A DNA stretch of 64,000 nucleotides from positions 806,001-870,000 of the forward strand of contig OZ287082.1 in NCBI GenBank assembly GCA_965645245.1, given 5' to 3'. Each line of letters begins with the position of its first letter. Positions within the stretch are counted from its first letter, which is position 1. The notes under the pieces were generated by a model, which had not been told where the DNA came from, did no database searches, and saw nothing but the letters and a program-made list of their open reading frames with translations. This DNA is from Massalongia carnosa. Lineage: Eukaryota. Below, piece after piece: positions 1-12,472 of this stretch. Made by a program: the position numbers and the translations under genes.

Positions 1-2
1 TG

Positions 3-3000
3 AAACTTCTTCGAAGATCGGGTCATCAGACTTACTGTTTCTATCCGAGGGAAAAGCTCAACAAGAAGTTAGATAGGTACGAGAAGAAGCTTCTGACTGC
101 TTCAAGTATCAACGCAGTCACCAGCGACGATCATGAGAAGTTCATGAAAGACAAAGTCGAATATACTCTGGAAGAATTGAAAAAACGAGTACCCGAGGCC
201 TATCATGGCGAGATTGAAGTCTTCATGAGGGCTAAGGCAGACGAGTTGGCACCTCATCGAAAAGAGGATCACGAAATCAATTTGATGCCCGGGATCGAGC
301 CCCCGTTCATCAAGAATTATCGGCCCATGTCCGAACAGGAATTGAGAAAATATCTAGATGAGCACTTAGCAAAAGGGTTTATTCGTCCGAGCTCGTCAAA
401 GGCGGCCGCGCCGGTACTATTGGTCAGGAAACCAGGCGGGGGTCTTCGCTTTTGCGTAGATTATCGAGATCTGAATAATATCACGGAGAAAAGTCGATAC
501 CCCATTCCATTGATCAGCGAGACATTGGCGAAACTCGCCAAAGCAAAGTGGTTTACTAAATTGGACGTCATTCATGCATTCAATAGGATGAGGATTAAAG
601 AGGGACAAGAGTGGCTCACGGCGTTCAATACTCGATACGGTCAATTTGAATATCTTGTGATGCCCTTCGGACTATGCAACGCTCCATCAACATTTCAGAG
701 CTATATCAATAACTCCCTGCGAGAATACTTAGATTATTTCGTCACCGCCTATCTGGACGACGTACTGGTGTTCAGTGAAACAGAAACGGAGCACATCGAG
801 CAGGTACTGAAGGTACTTCGTCGTCTGAAAGAAAGAGGACTTCAACTGGACATAGACAAGTGTGAATTCTCTGTCTCCGAAGTCAAGTACCTCGGAATGT
901 TCGTGGGGGTGAATGGCGTTAGAATGGACCCAGAAAAGGTGACGGCCATACTAGAATGGAAGACGCCCGCGTCAGTAAAAGAGGTGCAGTCCTTTCTTGG
1001 ATTCGCTAACTTCTATCGTCGCTTCATTGAGCGATTCTCCGAAAAGGTGAAGTGTCTGACCGAGCTAACCCGCGGAGAGCAATATGTCACGAAAGGCGGA
1101 AAGAGACGCACCAAGTATCAAGACTTCGTGTGGACCACTGAATGTCAGCAAGCTTTCGAAGACATGAAGATTTCTTTTACCTCTGCGCCGATTCTTGCTC
1201 ATTACGACCCAAGGCTAGAGACCTGGGTGGAGACAGACGCATCTGACTTCGTAGTATCGGGGATACTCTCTCAGAAGCATGAAGGCGTTCTGAAACCCGT
1301 GGCTTATTTCTCGAAGAAGATGAGCCCCGCCGAATGCAATTATGAGATCTACGATAAAGAACTCCTAGCCATCGTAGAAAGTTTCGTCATCTGGAGACCG
1401 GAGCTAGCGGGAGTGGAGCAATCAACAAAGGTCTACTCAGATCATAAGAATCTGGAGACCTTCATGACTTTGAAACAACTAAATCGCCGTCAAGTGCGTT
1501 GGGCTGAGATGCTGGCGGAATATAATTTTCGCATTATGTATAGACCAGGCAAGCAAGGGGGCAAACCGGACGCCCTCACCAGAAGAGAGCAAGATCTGCC
1601 GATGGACGCGGAGGATGATCGCACCAGATATCAATATCAGGTGCTGCTAAAAGAAAATCAGCTGGACGATGAAGTGAAACAGGACCTGAAGCTGTACGTG
1701 ACAACCAGATCCATGGCCAATCGAGAACGGGTTGAAGACAACATTACTACTGACTCATCCGATCAAATCAGGGATGAGGAAGTAGAGGACTTGACGGTAG
1801 AGGAGTTCACAATCAATTCGAATGATGATTCGGATGCAGAAAAGCCTGATGAATTATTAGAAAATCTTTTAGCGGAGGCATATCAAGAAGACGCAATGAT
1901 TCAGGAAGTCATGAAGGCTAAGTTGGAAAATCTGAAGAAATTGCCAGATAAAATTCTAAGCAACGGGCTGAGACTGGCGATGGGTGACTTGGAAGTCCGT
2001 CACGAAAGACTATACTACAAAACACGCCTCTTCATTCCGAATTTCGACAAGCTGAAGCTGCGTCTTTTATCGGATCATCATAATCCCCCGATGCAAGGAC
2101 ACCCCGGGTATCGAGGCATGTATGCCAAAATGCTGGAGAACTATTTCTGGATGTCCATGAAGGATGATTGTCGAAGATACGCTACTAACTGCTCTACATG
2201 CCGAAGGTCCAAGGCGTACAACGATCAGAAACAGGGACTATCTAGTTCGGCTATGCTGAGAGCTAGTGCGTCGTTAATCGAGACAGCTCCCGCTTTGATT
2301 TCGGCACCGCATGGATCTCTCGGACGGCATAGATGTCTCAGCACCATAAGGATGTCTCAGCACGGCATAGAGATCTTAGCACCGCATCGATCCTTCGGAC
2401 GACAGTTAGGTTTCGGATTTGTGTATGCCTTGCTATGGGCCGCGTTGATGGGGCATACTGGGATGGTAGAGTAGGACAAGGAGAATAGGAAGAAGATATA
2501 TAAAGAGGAGGTCCCAGACGGTATCCCTCATCATCTCACATCTCAAGACAATCAAAAAGCATAGCATTTTGATAGCACTGTTTGCAACGTTTTCTTTCCC
2601 ACCCACCCACTCCAGTTCTTCTGTCGCTTAGATAGAGGGAGTCTGTTCACAGCCCAAGGCCTGCGAGAGGGTCTTACATTAGTAGACAGCAAGGCCCTTA
2701 TCGAGTCCCCCTCTCGAGGCCGGGGGCTGTGAGCAATAGCCCAAACATACTTAGTAGCAATATAACGAGATTGACACGAACTAGTAGCCCCACTACCCAT
2801 ACCTCAAAGAAAATGGACAGACTTATCTCTGGACTTTGTAGTCAAACTGCCCAAATGTCACAGACGGGGCCGGACGTACGAAAATATCTTGGTTATCGTG
2901 GACAGATTGACCAAACGTAGGTTGTACGAACCTATGGTGGATATAGGCACGAAGGACGTACTAGAAGTCCTCAAACGTCGGGTCTTTTCAACATACGGCT

Positions 3001-4019
3001 TGCCAAACTCCATCGTCCACGATCGCGGGACGCAATTGACAGCCCATCTGTGGAAGCGAATTTGTCAGCGATTAGGAGTCAAATCGAAACCGTCCTCCGC
3101 GCATCATCCAGAAACAGATGGTCAAACCGAAAATGCGAATAAGGTTATGAAGAACTACCTGAGAGCATACGTCAGACATGCTCAAGACGACTGGGTGGAC
3201 TACTTACCAGATGCCGAATTTGCAGTCAATAATCATACGAACGCTTCAACCGGAATGTCCCCCTTCTTCGCTGATCACGGTTATCACCCTCGTAGTGGCT
3301 CGGAGCCGCCTCAGCCTTTTGACTCAAATGTCACCGGACGCGCGGAACTGATGTCGGCAGACAAAATAACCGCCCGACAAGAAGCCATGACCAAATGGCT
3401 TATCGAGCACCTAACCTGGGCACAGGCAGATCAGATGAGATATGCCAATGAGTCGCGGGCCCCACATCCAGACTACAAGATAGGAGACATGGTATATGTC
3501 AACACCAAAGATTTCTCCGTCGACAAGCAGAGTCGCTCCCTGAGTTCCAAAAACGCGGGGCCATGGAAAATCATCCGAAACATAGATAACAAGGCCTATG
3601 AATTGGAAATTCCCGAACACTTGAAAAGAGTGGGGCTCACACCCATATTTCATCCATGGAAACTTCATCTGGCTCCTACGAACCCATTCCCCGGTCAACT
3701 TATTGAACCGGGTCCCCCGATACTGATTCAAGAAGACGCCGAATCCAGTCCTCATGAAGAATATGAAGTCCTCGAAATCGTCGACTGCCGTGAAACTAAG
3801 AAATACGGCACTCAGTATAAAGCAACCTATATCGGCTCATGGGATGACTGGAACGCAAACCCACCTTGGCAGCCATGGACTGATTTCATTCGCGCCAAAG
3901 AAGAAATCAGAAAATTTCATACAGACAATAAAGGAAAACCCAACGCCCCAAAGGATGTCCTATTCATGAATAACAGTCAACCATCGACGTCCGGAGCCGC
4001 CGTCTCAGAGGAGGGGTAG
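3..4019 (+). pseudogene. pol: Gypsy pol (RT-RNaseH-IN-chromodomain) interrupted in the integrase by a 539-bp insertion
   Basis: Frame is open from base 3. ORFs 144-2474 and 2889-4019 are in the same frame. Removing 2241-2783 restores ...KQGL-VAPLPIPQRKWTDLSLDF... Confidence 0.92.
2241..2779. mobile_element. Solo-LTR-like insertion with TC...GA termini and 4-bp TSD (ACTA)
   Basis: acta at 2237-2240 and 2780-2783. Internal TATA-like gatatataaag. A related copy lies at about 55434-56005. Confidence 0.75.
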
Positions 4020-4330
4020 TATCAGGGTCCTGAGGTCACCTGACATCAGACTAGCATCGATTAGGTAATGTGCCGAGGAACCGACTTTTCAGGGGTTATA
4101 TAGAACTCCGCCCGAGTAAAGCTTTTAGACTTCGTCTGAAGATTTTGGTGTAGAACTAGGCTATTGAAATTGAACTCGTTTTATCCCTCACAAGAAGCAT
4201 TCAATTCACAACGACGGCGTATCTAAATCACGTTCTAGACGGCCTGAAGTACTTTCAGAACGCGATCGACGTTATATCATCAAGCATGCACGAATCAATA
4301 TACGAATCACTTATGTATAATCAAACTAGA

Positions 4331-4748
4331 TGTTACGTAGACGCACCCTGAACATGGTGGTGGCAACCCAGTAGACCTAGAGGATAGGCTAGAGCTAGGG
4401 ATACGGCTATGGACAAGATAGAAGACGTCATATGACTAGGGGTACGCTAGTCTGGATCAAGACACCAAGTGACCGCCAAGACCACTAGGGTAACTACTTG
4501 GTCACCAGTAACTATAGCTTGGATATCAGTAAACACTTGGTCACTGGGAGTCATACTTAGCAGTGACCAGTACTGAGACCCCCAGTAACCATCATGTATA
4601 TAAGGAAGCCTATCTTCCCCTTAGCTAGATTCCTCGCGGTTAACTCACTAGTATTCAAGAACGGGATATTCTAGATAACTCTAACCCAGTTCTTGCTTGA
4701 TTGACTATGCATCATTACTGACTATAGAGATGTTTTACTGACGTTACA
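4331..4748. mobile_element. Solo LTR (418 bp)
   Basis: tgttacgt...acgttaca termini. Perfect 5-bp TSD CTAGA at 4326-4330 and 4749-4753. Confidence 0.9.
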
Positions 4749-4884
4749 CTAGAATTGGCGCTCGCCTGCACTCGTACGATCATTTATCGGGCACTCAAAC
4801 TTTATTGTTCAATTAACTGGGTGGCTAAAAAAAGACCTTTATTGACACCTGAGGTGGCCAAGAAACGATTGAATTAGTGCTTTC

Positions 4885-5155
4885 TGTTATAATCTACCTA
4901 GAGACAAGTCAGAGGGACGCTAGAAACGAATACAATAAAGATAAAGAAGCAAAAGACAATCGACATCCCGAACTGGTCCCTATATATCCTTTACTGCGCT
5001 AGTATCCATGTGGTATAGTCGCGGTAGAATCTTCTCGGACTGCAGGAACAAAATCGAAGGTGCGGGAACGAAACCGAAAACTCCTGCGCGTTCTATCTAC
5101 GGTTTGGTATCGAATTTATCTGAGTGCGGAGGTCGTGCCGAGCAGAATCGTGACA
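4885..5155 (-). mobile_element. Solo LTR related to LTR-B (34066-34316) of the chromovirus family
   Basis: Reverse complement aligns by eye with 34066-34316. TG...CA ends. TSD ctttc/cttgc (4/5). Confidence 0.88.
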
Positions 5156-5462
5156 CTTGCTGCGGCGTGAGTGGACCTTTGAGTAGTTGTCAAGAGCTAT
5201 ATAGTTAGATAAGTGATCGGTAGAAAAGAGGTCAGGAAAATAGCGTCAGTAGATGTTCATATTGCCGAAAGAAAAATGGAATAAATAGATAATACAACCT
5301 GTCCACAAAAGCAAAGATGTTAGTGTCATTTTTTGGGCAGCTTTTTGGGGAGATAACAGATCAGGTCTTTACAAATTAGCTCATGATTTGCTGCGAAGAA
5401 GATAGGATACTCGTCGAACTCATATCTGGAATTATTGAACGATAATCTGCTTGGAATCTGGC

Positions 5463-5614
5463 TACGCCGCGCAACGGGTCGGGTTTCTCTACTGAAAACC
5501 TAACCCGTTTGTGGCGAACCCTATGATTTTTGGTATCCAGGTTGAGTTTTCAGAGAAAAACCCGGTGGCGAAAAAGCAATTTTGTAGCGAAAACCCAACC
5601 CGTTGCTCGGCGTA
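5463..5614. mobile_element. hAT-type MITE, short form (152 bp)
   Basis: TIR tacgccgcgcaacggg / cccgttgctcggcgta. Perfect 8-bp TSD AATCTGGC. Confidence 0.9.
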
Positions 5615-6774
5615 AATCTGGCAGCCGGGCCTTATTTTCATGCAGGATAACGTACCTATACATGAGGATATAAAGATAATAGAATAGTTTAAAGGAAACG
5701 GCATAAAGGTTATCGATTGGCCCCCTATTAACCTGATTTGAATCCTGTCAAGCACGCTTAGTATGTGGTTAAAAAGCTCATCTATCAAGTTAACACAAAT
5801 ATGGATTTGGTGATCGGCAGTGGTGAAACCGCTCGTGAGTTGCTTTGGAAAGTGTTAGAAGGAGCCTAGACGTTTATAGATGTAAAAATGATAAGGAGGT
5901 TAATAAAGAGCATGAATAGGACTATAAAAGCGTGTATAGCGTCGGAAGGATATTATACTAAATATAAAAAATCAAATTTTAGGGGAATTCTTGTTTAGTA
6001 TATATGTAATCATTATATAAAATTTCAAGACATTTCAGCAATTATTACGAGGTTGATTTTCAAGTGAATAGAATAATTGATTTGTTTGTGAGGTGCAGTG
6101 CCGCAGACTATTGGCCAAGTACTGTATGATATTATACGATAAAATACATGCTCGCAATGAAGTGCCTCTTTTTAGTCCTTTCCGTACGGCCTCTTCTCCG
6201 CATTATTTGATAATTTAATACTGTTCTGCAAGCCGCTTGTCCTTTTTCGTGCTATATCTAACCGCATGAGGTTGGAGCTAACCAAATAAAATAGTTTTCC
6301 ATAAAGTAGCAGGGGAGTTCTTTCAGTACTATATAGCTTACGAATACGTAGTGTAACTGCTAGCTTGAACACACCCTAGATGAGTAGTAAAATAGTTTTT
6401 TACTAATAAAGATTTACACAAGGGGGGGGAAGGATCAGGGCGGGACTGTCTCTAAGTATCTCGCTTTCTATTTAAATCATTATTTTTGTGTTCGATAACA
6501 GCCTGTGATTTTCTGTTAGATTAGTAATTTTCTTGAACATGATAAATTCTATAATCTTATCAAGAGTGTTTAGAAGTGCTATGAGACAATAGACGTTCGG
6601 AATTTTATAGTCGTCTTTATCTATTTTGACGGGGTCACACGTGCTATAGAGATAATCAGGTTACAGGGCAGGCATGTGCAGCCGAGAGTCGGGATAATAG
6701 GGGCTTTTTGCTGTCGTTTTCTCCTGCATCTTCATATCTCTATACACATATCTCAAACCTTTACATCTTTTCAC

Positions 6775-7452
6775 TCTCACGGAAGTGCCGAAGTACGTGT
6801 CACATCGGAACGGGAAGAACTAGCCTTCCGAAGATGCCAGGAACAGTCATGAGGTAATAATATGTCACGGTTCAACCACATCCACGCAAGGCCAATGAAA
6901 GGAAAGTACGGCATCTGCCGGCGCACTAAACGCATCCGTTTCTCAACCCTTTTAGCAATCATAGGGGCAATCAACGGAGGTCTGAAAGGACTAAAAGGGA
7001 CGCATCGGAACGACCTTATAAAGCAAACACAAATAGATGAAAGGTACAAATGACAGAAAGACTGTTTGACCAAACTGTTCACTTATTGATGAAGAGCCAA
7101 GCAGCTGGATCTGGCCAAGCGATTATTTATATAGACTCCTAGAGAGGGCACCCTTTGCTTGTTCCTTCCTGCATCTTTGATATTTTCTAGTGTATAGCTT
7201 CCCAGTAGATAGTCAATTCCAATCCTGGTTGAACCGTCACATGATATTACGGAAGTCCATGGCGAAAGCATGACGAAGTCAATATAGTAATCAAGAGGCT
7301 ACGCCCGAAGGTGGACTAGTTTATTTATCAGGGTTATAGGCGTGTCTTTTTGATCTCCTGTTTCTTTTCTCCTTGTAGAACGTCTTGTCCATTTAGCTAG
7401 ACAATCAAGCCTCTTGCTCCACCTGAATTACTACACGCCCTCGCACCGTGAC
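6775..7452 (-). mobile_element. Degenerate solo LTR (family of 42492-42738) carrying a nested solo LTR
   Basis: Both flanks of the nested element are reverse-complement homologous to 42492-42738. Absent from the paralogous site near 31895. Confidence 0.75.
6863..7241 (+). mobile_element. Nested solo LTR with 16-bp terminal inverted repeats
   Basis: tgtcacggttcaacca...tggttgaaccgtcaca. TSD taata/tgata. Homologous to 10424-11141 and 31994-32462. Confidence 0.82.
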
Positions 7453-7521
7453 ATTTATATATCTACCTATGCATCTTGACATATATTATTTTTGTTTCAT
7501 GATCAAAGTGACAAGACATTA

Positions 7522-10385
7522 TCTATATTGTACTAAAGTAGTTACCCTGCTACTTTGGGTAACACTACCTTATTCGGTTAGATTTAACCCGAAAAAGGGA
7601 ACGCGGCTTGCGGAACAGTACTAAATTATCAAATAATGCAGGGAGGACCTCCCTGCGGACAGGACCAAAAATTCCCCTCGTGCCTCGACCGTACCGGACC
7701 GTTTCACTTCGTCAAACTTCGGAGATCAACTGATCCTGTTGATATCAGTCCGTATCGCGAAAACCATGTTCTTTTACGTTCGTTGTGGGCCGCGAGAGGT
7801 GGTCGTTGTTCGCGTTTTTCATGTTTTGATGTTCCCGGAAACTGCGCTAAATCCGTCCGTTCAATGCACCTGCGAAACCCTCAATTCGGTTTAACGTAGT
7901 CTTAATTGGGTTTACGATAATCTTTATACCAACGCGTTATTTCACTTCGTGTGTGTATTCATTTACAATAATCTGATCTCTTCGCAACAACAGCAACGAC
8001 TACCGCTATGTCTTTGCCGCTTAACTCTTCTCCACGAGAAATCGTATCTCGACTTCCCATTCCGTTACGACAATCGGGTTCTCCCCGTAGACCGCATAAT
8101 GAAGTGAATTCTCCGGAAAATCCTCCCGCAAAACGCGTTCGTCTTATCTTACGACCACCGAAACGTCCTGTTCGTCTTTTCCTGCATCCACCTGCTCCTC
8201 CAAGAAGTTCGATTGTATCTTTTGTCACTCCTCCGTCTTTGCAGAGTTCGCCTGACAGTCCAATGACGAATTCCGTTTCTCCCGTATCGTCGGCTTTCCA
8301 TTCGCCAAGCCCGCCAAATCGAAATGATTTGGAGTTGGAAAATCCGAAAATTTGGGAATAAATGCTACTTAACGAAGCAGAAGCGGGTCAGGACAATCAC
8401 AACCGAGCTCGCGATTCCGTAAGGTCGAGTTTCGGACATATTTCTCCATCCGTTGCGAGTTCCAGGCCTGGTTCTCCACCTGCTAATCATTGTGAATCAC
8501 GAAGAAACCGTCGAACACCTCGTCGCGAGCGTACTGTTGCAGCCCGTGATCGTGCGGCTGCAAATCGTGACTTTCCTGCCGCATTTAAAAGTCAGTACAC
8601 CTTGGAATCAGCGATACAACGAGTTCAACACATGAGAGATTATTGCAGACACTGCGGTGCGTGGCATTGGGAAACGGAAGCTGCTCAGAGTGACAGAAGA
8701 CGAGATCGAGTATACGAATCCTGTTGCAAGCGAGGTGATGTGGTGCTACCACCGTTTCGGCCTCCTCCTGATTTTTTGCGGCAACTGTTAATCGGAGAAA
8801 ATTCTCGAGGTCGTGCCTTTCGCAAAAATCTGCGGAAATACACTTCGCGTTGACATTTACCGCCGTAAATTATAAGCCTGATCGTCGACTCCCTCGCAAT
8901 CGGCGTAGTCCGATACGTTTTCAAATTTAAGGAGAATTATATCATTTGCAAGGTCCTCTTGACCCCGTTAATGATTCTCCTCGCTTTACTCAATTGTTTT
9001 TTTACGATCCCGCCGAAGCAACCGCGATTCGTTCTCGACAACACGCAGAATTTGATCCAGATATTGTGCGACGATTGACAGATATGTTGCATAATTTGAA
9101 CCCCTTTATCGGACTCTACAAGACCGCCAGCGAGGCCTTACGAGAGAATGCGGCCACTACCGATAATTTGCGAATTGTTCTCAATCCGCAAATTCGATTA
9201 ATCATAGAAGCGGGGGCGGATCGACGACGCAGTAATCTTCCCACCAGCGACGAGATAGCCGGTATTATTCCTGATGAATATGGAGAACCTTGCAAACCTT
9301 TGCAAACGATATCGTCGCGGAGTTAAACGGTGCAATACTGAATAAACTGCAGGGCGATTCGCACACCTTGAATTCCGTTGATCAAATAGAGAACGATACG
9401 GCGCTGGAACGAGGAGACTTTCTTCCTCCCGAGTTTTTACGGACCTTGCAAACATCGTCTTTACCACCTTCACAATTGCAACTTAAACTTAGAGCTCCGA
9501 TTATTTTGTTGCGGAATTTATATCCCAAACTTGGTCTCTGTAACGGCACCCGATTACGTCTTACTCACATTTCGCGGACCTCTCTAGAGGGAAAGATTTT
9601 GGGATGAGAATTCAACGGTGAAACGCGATTAATTCCCCGGATTCTTCTTAATACCACGGAAGGCGAGTTGCCCTGGATCATAATTTGCAAACAATTTCCC
9701 ATATGATTGTGCTTTGCTATGACTGTCAACAAGTCGCAAGGTCAATTATTGGACACTGTAGGAGTCGATTTGCGAGCTACTCCTTTTACTCATGGTCAGT
9801 TATATGTGGCATTATCTCGAGTTACGGATGTGTCTCGATTGTGTTTGTTGTTTCCGGAACGAAATGACGGAAAAACGGATAACATTTTATATCCGGAAGT
9901 AAATCTGCGATCGCAACATGACATGATAACTCATGTTCCTCCGAATCCTGCTGTAATTTTATGATAATATACGGTATCATGTCACTTAGAAATATGTATT
10001 CAATTGCAAAATAGACAGCAACTTTATTGTGCTATCAAAAATTTACCGTCCGGGTAATCAAGTGTGACAGATGCGAATATTAAATTAAATAGATAATACT
10101 GTGGTTTTAACTTTACAACCTTTTACAAATTGTATCGATCGTAAAAACTTGAAATCGGTTCCAAAATCTAAGTTCTGAGATGGTACTGTCTCGTTTTTTA
10201 TAACAGTGGTTGTAATAAGTCACCTAAGCCACTGAGCCAAAAGGCTACTATGGTAGTTCTCCTATAGAGACACTACCGCTTATTACACTACATATAGATG
10301 CCCCGCGCCCAGTACGTCACCGTACCTCCTTAGGCGCTCATGTATTGCGCCCGCTAGCTAGCAGTACTGAGTACCGCTGTAACCT
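7522..10385 (+). mobile_element. Internally deleted Helitron
   Basis: Starts a|TCTATATT. Encodes Helitron N-terminal and PIF1 helicase C-terminal fragments. 3' hairpins and CTAG near 10333-10378. Absent from the paralogous empty site near 31955. Confidence 0.85.
8008..9964 (+). pseudogene. Helitron RepHel remnant: N-terminal Cys/His region fused to PIF1-type helicase C-terminus; Rep domain and P-loop missing
   Basis: Motifs CRHCGAWHW..E, SCCKRGDVVLP, PRFTQLFFYD, NLPTSDEIA, then LLRNLYPKLGLCNGTRL, FAMTVNKSQGQ and FTHGQLYVALSRV. Contains stops and frameshifts. Confidence 0.9.
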
Positions 10386-10423
10386 TTATCTGTGCAGTTA
10401 TCGAGTCCAGTTTATCACATGTT

Positions 10424-11141
10424 TGTCACGGTTTAACTACATCCACCCAAGGCCAATCAAAGGAAAGTACGGCATCTACCGGCGCACTAACCGCTTCCGT
10501 TACTCAACCCTTATAGTGGTAGATTAGACGGACATATATATCGAAAGCTCCGGAACGCTAAACCATATTTCTCTTTATGGAAACCGTAGATAGCATGTCA
10601 AACCTGAATGCGGTCGATTCTCATCGCCGATCCTCGACCCCCTGTCGCGGCAGATGCCGCTAAGACTACGCCATTTCTTTCCTATCTTTACCCCTCAATT
10701 CGCCGGGGTTGATATCGTTGCCGCCATGACCCCTTTTCCCTTCTATATAGGTAGCTAGATGTGGGCATTTCCCATATACAAAATACACTCTTTTCATCGT
10801 TCCTGAATTCATGTGATTGGTCAGAAAGTTTGACAATAGCCTATCTCTATCAAGCAATCATAGGGGCAATCAACGAAGGTCTAAAAGAAATGAAACGGAC
10901 GTATCGGAACGAATTTTCCAGGCAAACACAAATAGATAAAAGGGACAAAAGCAGGAAGACTGTTTGACTAAATTGTTCACTTATTGATAGAGACATAAGC
11001 AGCTAGATCGGCCCAAGCGATTATCTATATAGACTCCAAGAGAGGGTCCCTTTCGGTTGTTTCCTCACTACATCTTTGATATTTTCTATCGCATAGCTTC
11101 CTAGTAGATAGTCAATTCTATATCCTAGTTGAATCGTTATA
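10424..11141 (+). mobile_element. Solo LTR (family of 6863-7241) with a nested 240-bp solo LTR at 10596-10835
   Basis: Homologous to 31994-32462, which lacks the nested tgtcaaac...gtttgaca insert. atagc is repeated around the insert. Confidence 0.78.
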
Positions 11142-11523
11142 TTGTCTTTCCACTTCTGTCTTTTGTTTATTTGACTAATCGTCATAATTTCATGAATGAT
11201 TCAGTGACTTTTTCAATTTTCTTGTGAAACGATACTCTTTAAACTTTTTAATTAACTTTAAGTTTTCTGTGATTAGACTTCGTATATATTATCCAGTCTG
11301 AGAGGTCTCTGGAATTAGTTCAAACTTGTATAAGCTTGCGCGTTTCTTTCGTAATTACACTGCAATTATTATTCAAAAGGGTTTAGCGTACTTGCTAAGT
11401 CTGATTCATGAAAGGGCGGCGTTTATGACTTCTTGAAGGAATTTTTAGATCGATACGATACACGCGTCAATTTCGGCGTGAGAATATGGGGAAGTAATAA
11501 GGGGAGCCTATTTTTCAGTTGCC

Positions 11524-12067
11524 TGTCAAGGGACTGGATTGGATGGTCAAGCTTTCTAATTGACTGAGTCTATAGCTACAGCTAGGCTAGATTAGCTATT
11601 CAAGACGTCGGACAAGGAGCCAGAACTTTTGAGACTCGACCCCTTCTTTTATATCTGTTCCTCACCTCCTTACCCCTTTGTTTCCTTGATCTTCGATGTC
11701 TCCTATTCATCTAGTTTTCATAAGTTAATACGAAGACACCTAATGGGGACCGGGTGATTATGGTTTCGAAGATCGGTGGCGGAGCCGTACTCGATCAAAC
11801 CGCATCGAGAAAGGTTGGAACAGCGCGCACTGACAAATGAAGCTGTGGTAGGTCTAATGAACCTGCGGTAGGTCTAATGAACCCGCGGTAGGTCCAATGA
11901 ACCCGCGGTAGTTCCAATGAACCTGCGTTAGGTCCAATAAACCTGCGTTAGGTCCAATGAACCCGCGGTAGCTCCAATGAACCTGCGGTACGGTAGGTAG
12001 GGACAGGATAGAGGGGGCAACTAGGGATAAGGCCGAGATCCTTTTGGTTCGAAGCCGTTTCATGATA
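11524..12067 (-). mobile_element. Solo LTR (544 bp) containing a 20-bp tandem repeat
   Basis: tgtca...tgata ends. Perfect TSD TTGCC. Absent from the paralogous site near 40715. Confidence 0.82.
11836..11990. repeat. 20-bp tandem repeat, about 8 copies (aatgaacccgcggtaggtcc)
   Basis: Directly visible tandem units. Confidence 0.92.
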
Positions 12068-12213
12068 TTGCCCTCAATTTTTTCATTTTTAATAATTTTC
12101 ATATCCTACGCTCGATAATTCTTTGAGTCTTACTGTCAAGTTTTATTTTGGTCGAGATTAATATATGATCAGATGGCTGATTGAGTTTAGGTCTTGACAT
12201 GCAGTATTCTAAT

Positions 12214-12410
12214 TATCAAAAGGCAGTATAGTAGATAGAGGATAGAACGATTACTTTTATTCTATATAGTGGGAATAACTAGATTTATAGATAATGTATG
12301 GTATCCTAGTATTAGACTAGCAATACGTCTAGCAATTACCGTGCGCAATACTCGTGCAGTAGAAGGTGAGTGCGGCAAAAATGAAGTAGTCTAATTTGTA
12401 CATTCTAACA
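12214..12410 (-). mobile_element. Solo LTR of the Copia family at 25928-31298
   Basis: Reverse complement of 25928-26124. TSD ctaat/ataat. Paralogous copy at 41119-41307. Confidence 0.85.
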
Positions 12411-12472
12411 ATAATCTTTCGGTTAAATTCTCCGATATGAATACAAGGTCGTTAATGCTGAACGATTATCTA

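Larger units (their letters stand above)
1..4192 (+). mobile_element. Ty3/Gypsy chromovirus LTR retrotransposon, 3' part (pol, PPT, 3' LTR); 5' part lies upstream of the window
   Basis: RT (YLDD), RNase H (ETDASD, YDKELLAI), integrase and chromodomain motifs. PPT gaggaggggtag at about 4008-4019. LTR 4020-4192 (tatcaggg...ccctcaca). Followed directly by Tc1 transposase sequence. Confidence 0.93.
4193..6124 (+). mobile_element. Degenerate Tc1/mariner (Tc1/impala-like) DNA transposon split by three later insertions
   Basis: Translated fragments SRRPEVLSERDRR, AKKRPLLT, FWAAFWG, IFMQDNVPIH, VIDWPP and EGYYTKY*, with many stops. Right end ...caagtactg followed by TA (6125-6126). Confidence 0.85.
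6178..12470 (+). repeat. Segmental duplication copy 1 (direct paralogue of about 31298-41370)
   Basis: Collinear homology: 6178-6775~31298-31895, 7452-7521~31895-31960, 10385-11290~31955-32612, 11290-11523~40483-40720, 12102-12470~41005-41370. Confidence 0.88.

Noticed and set aside
2241..2474. Novel C-terminal extension of the 776-aa ORF
   Set aside because: Read-through into the inserted element; the real integrase resumes at 2784.
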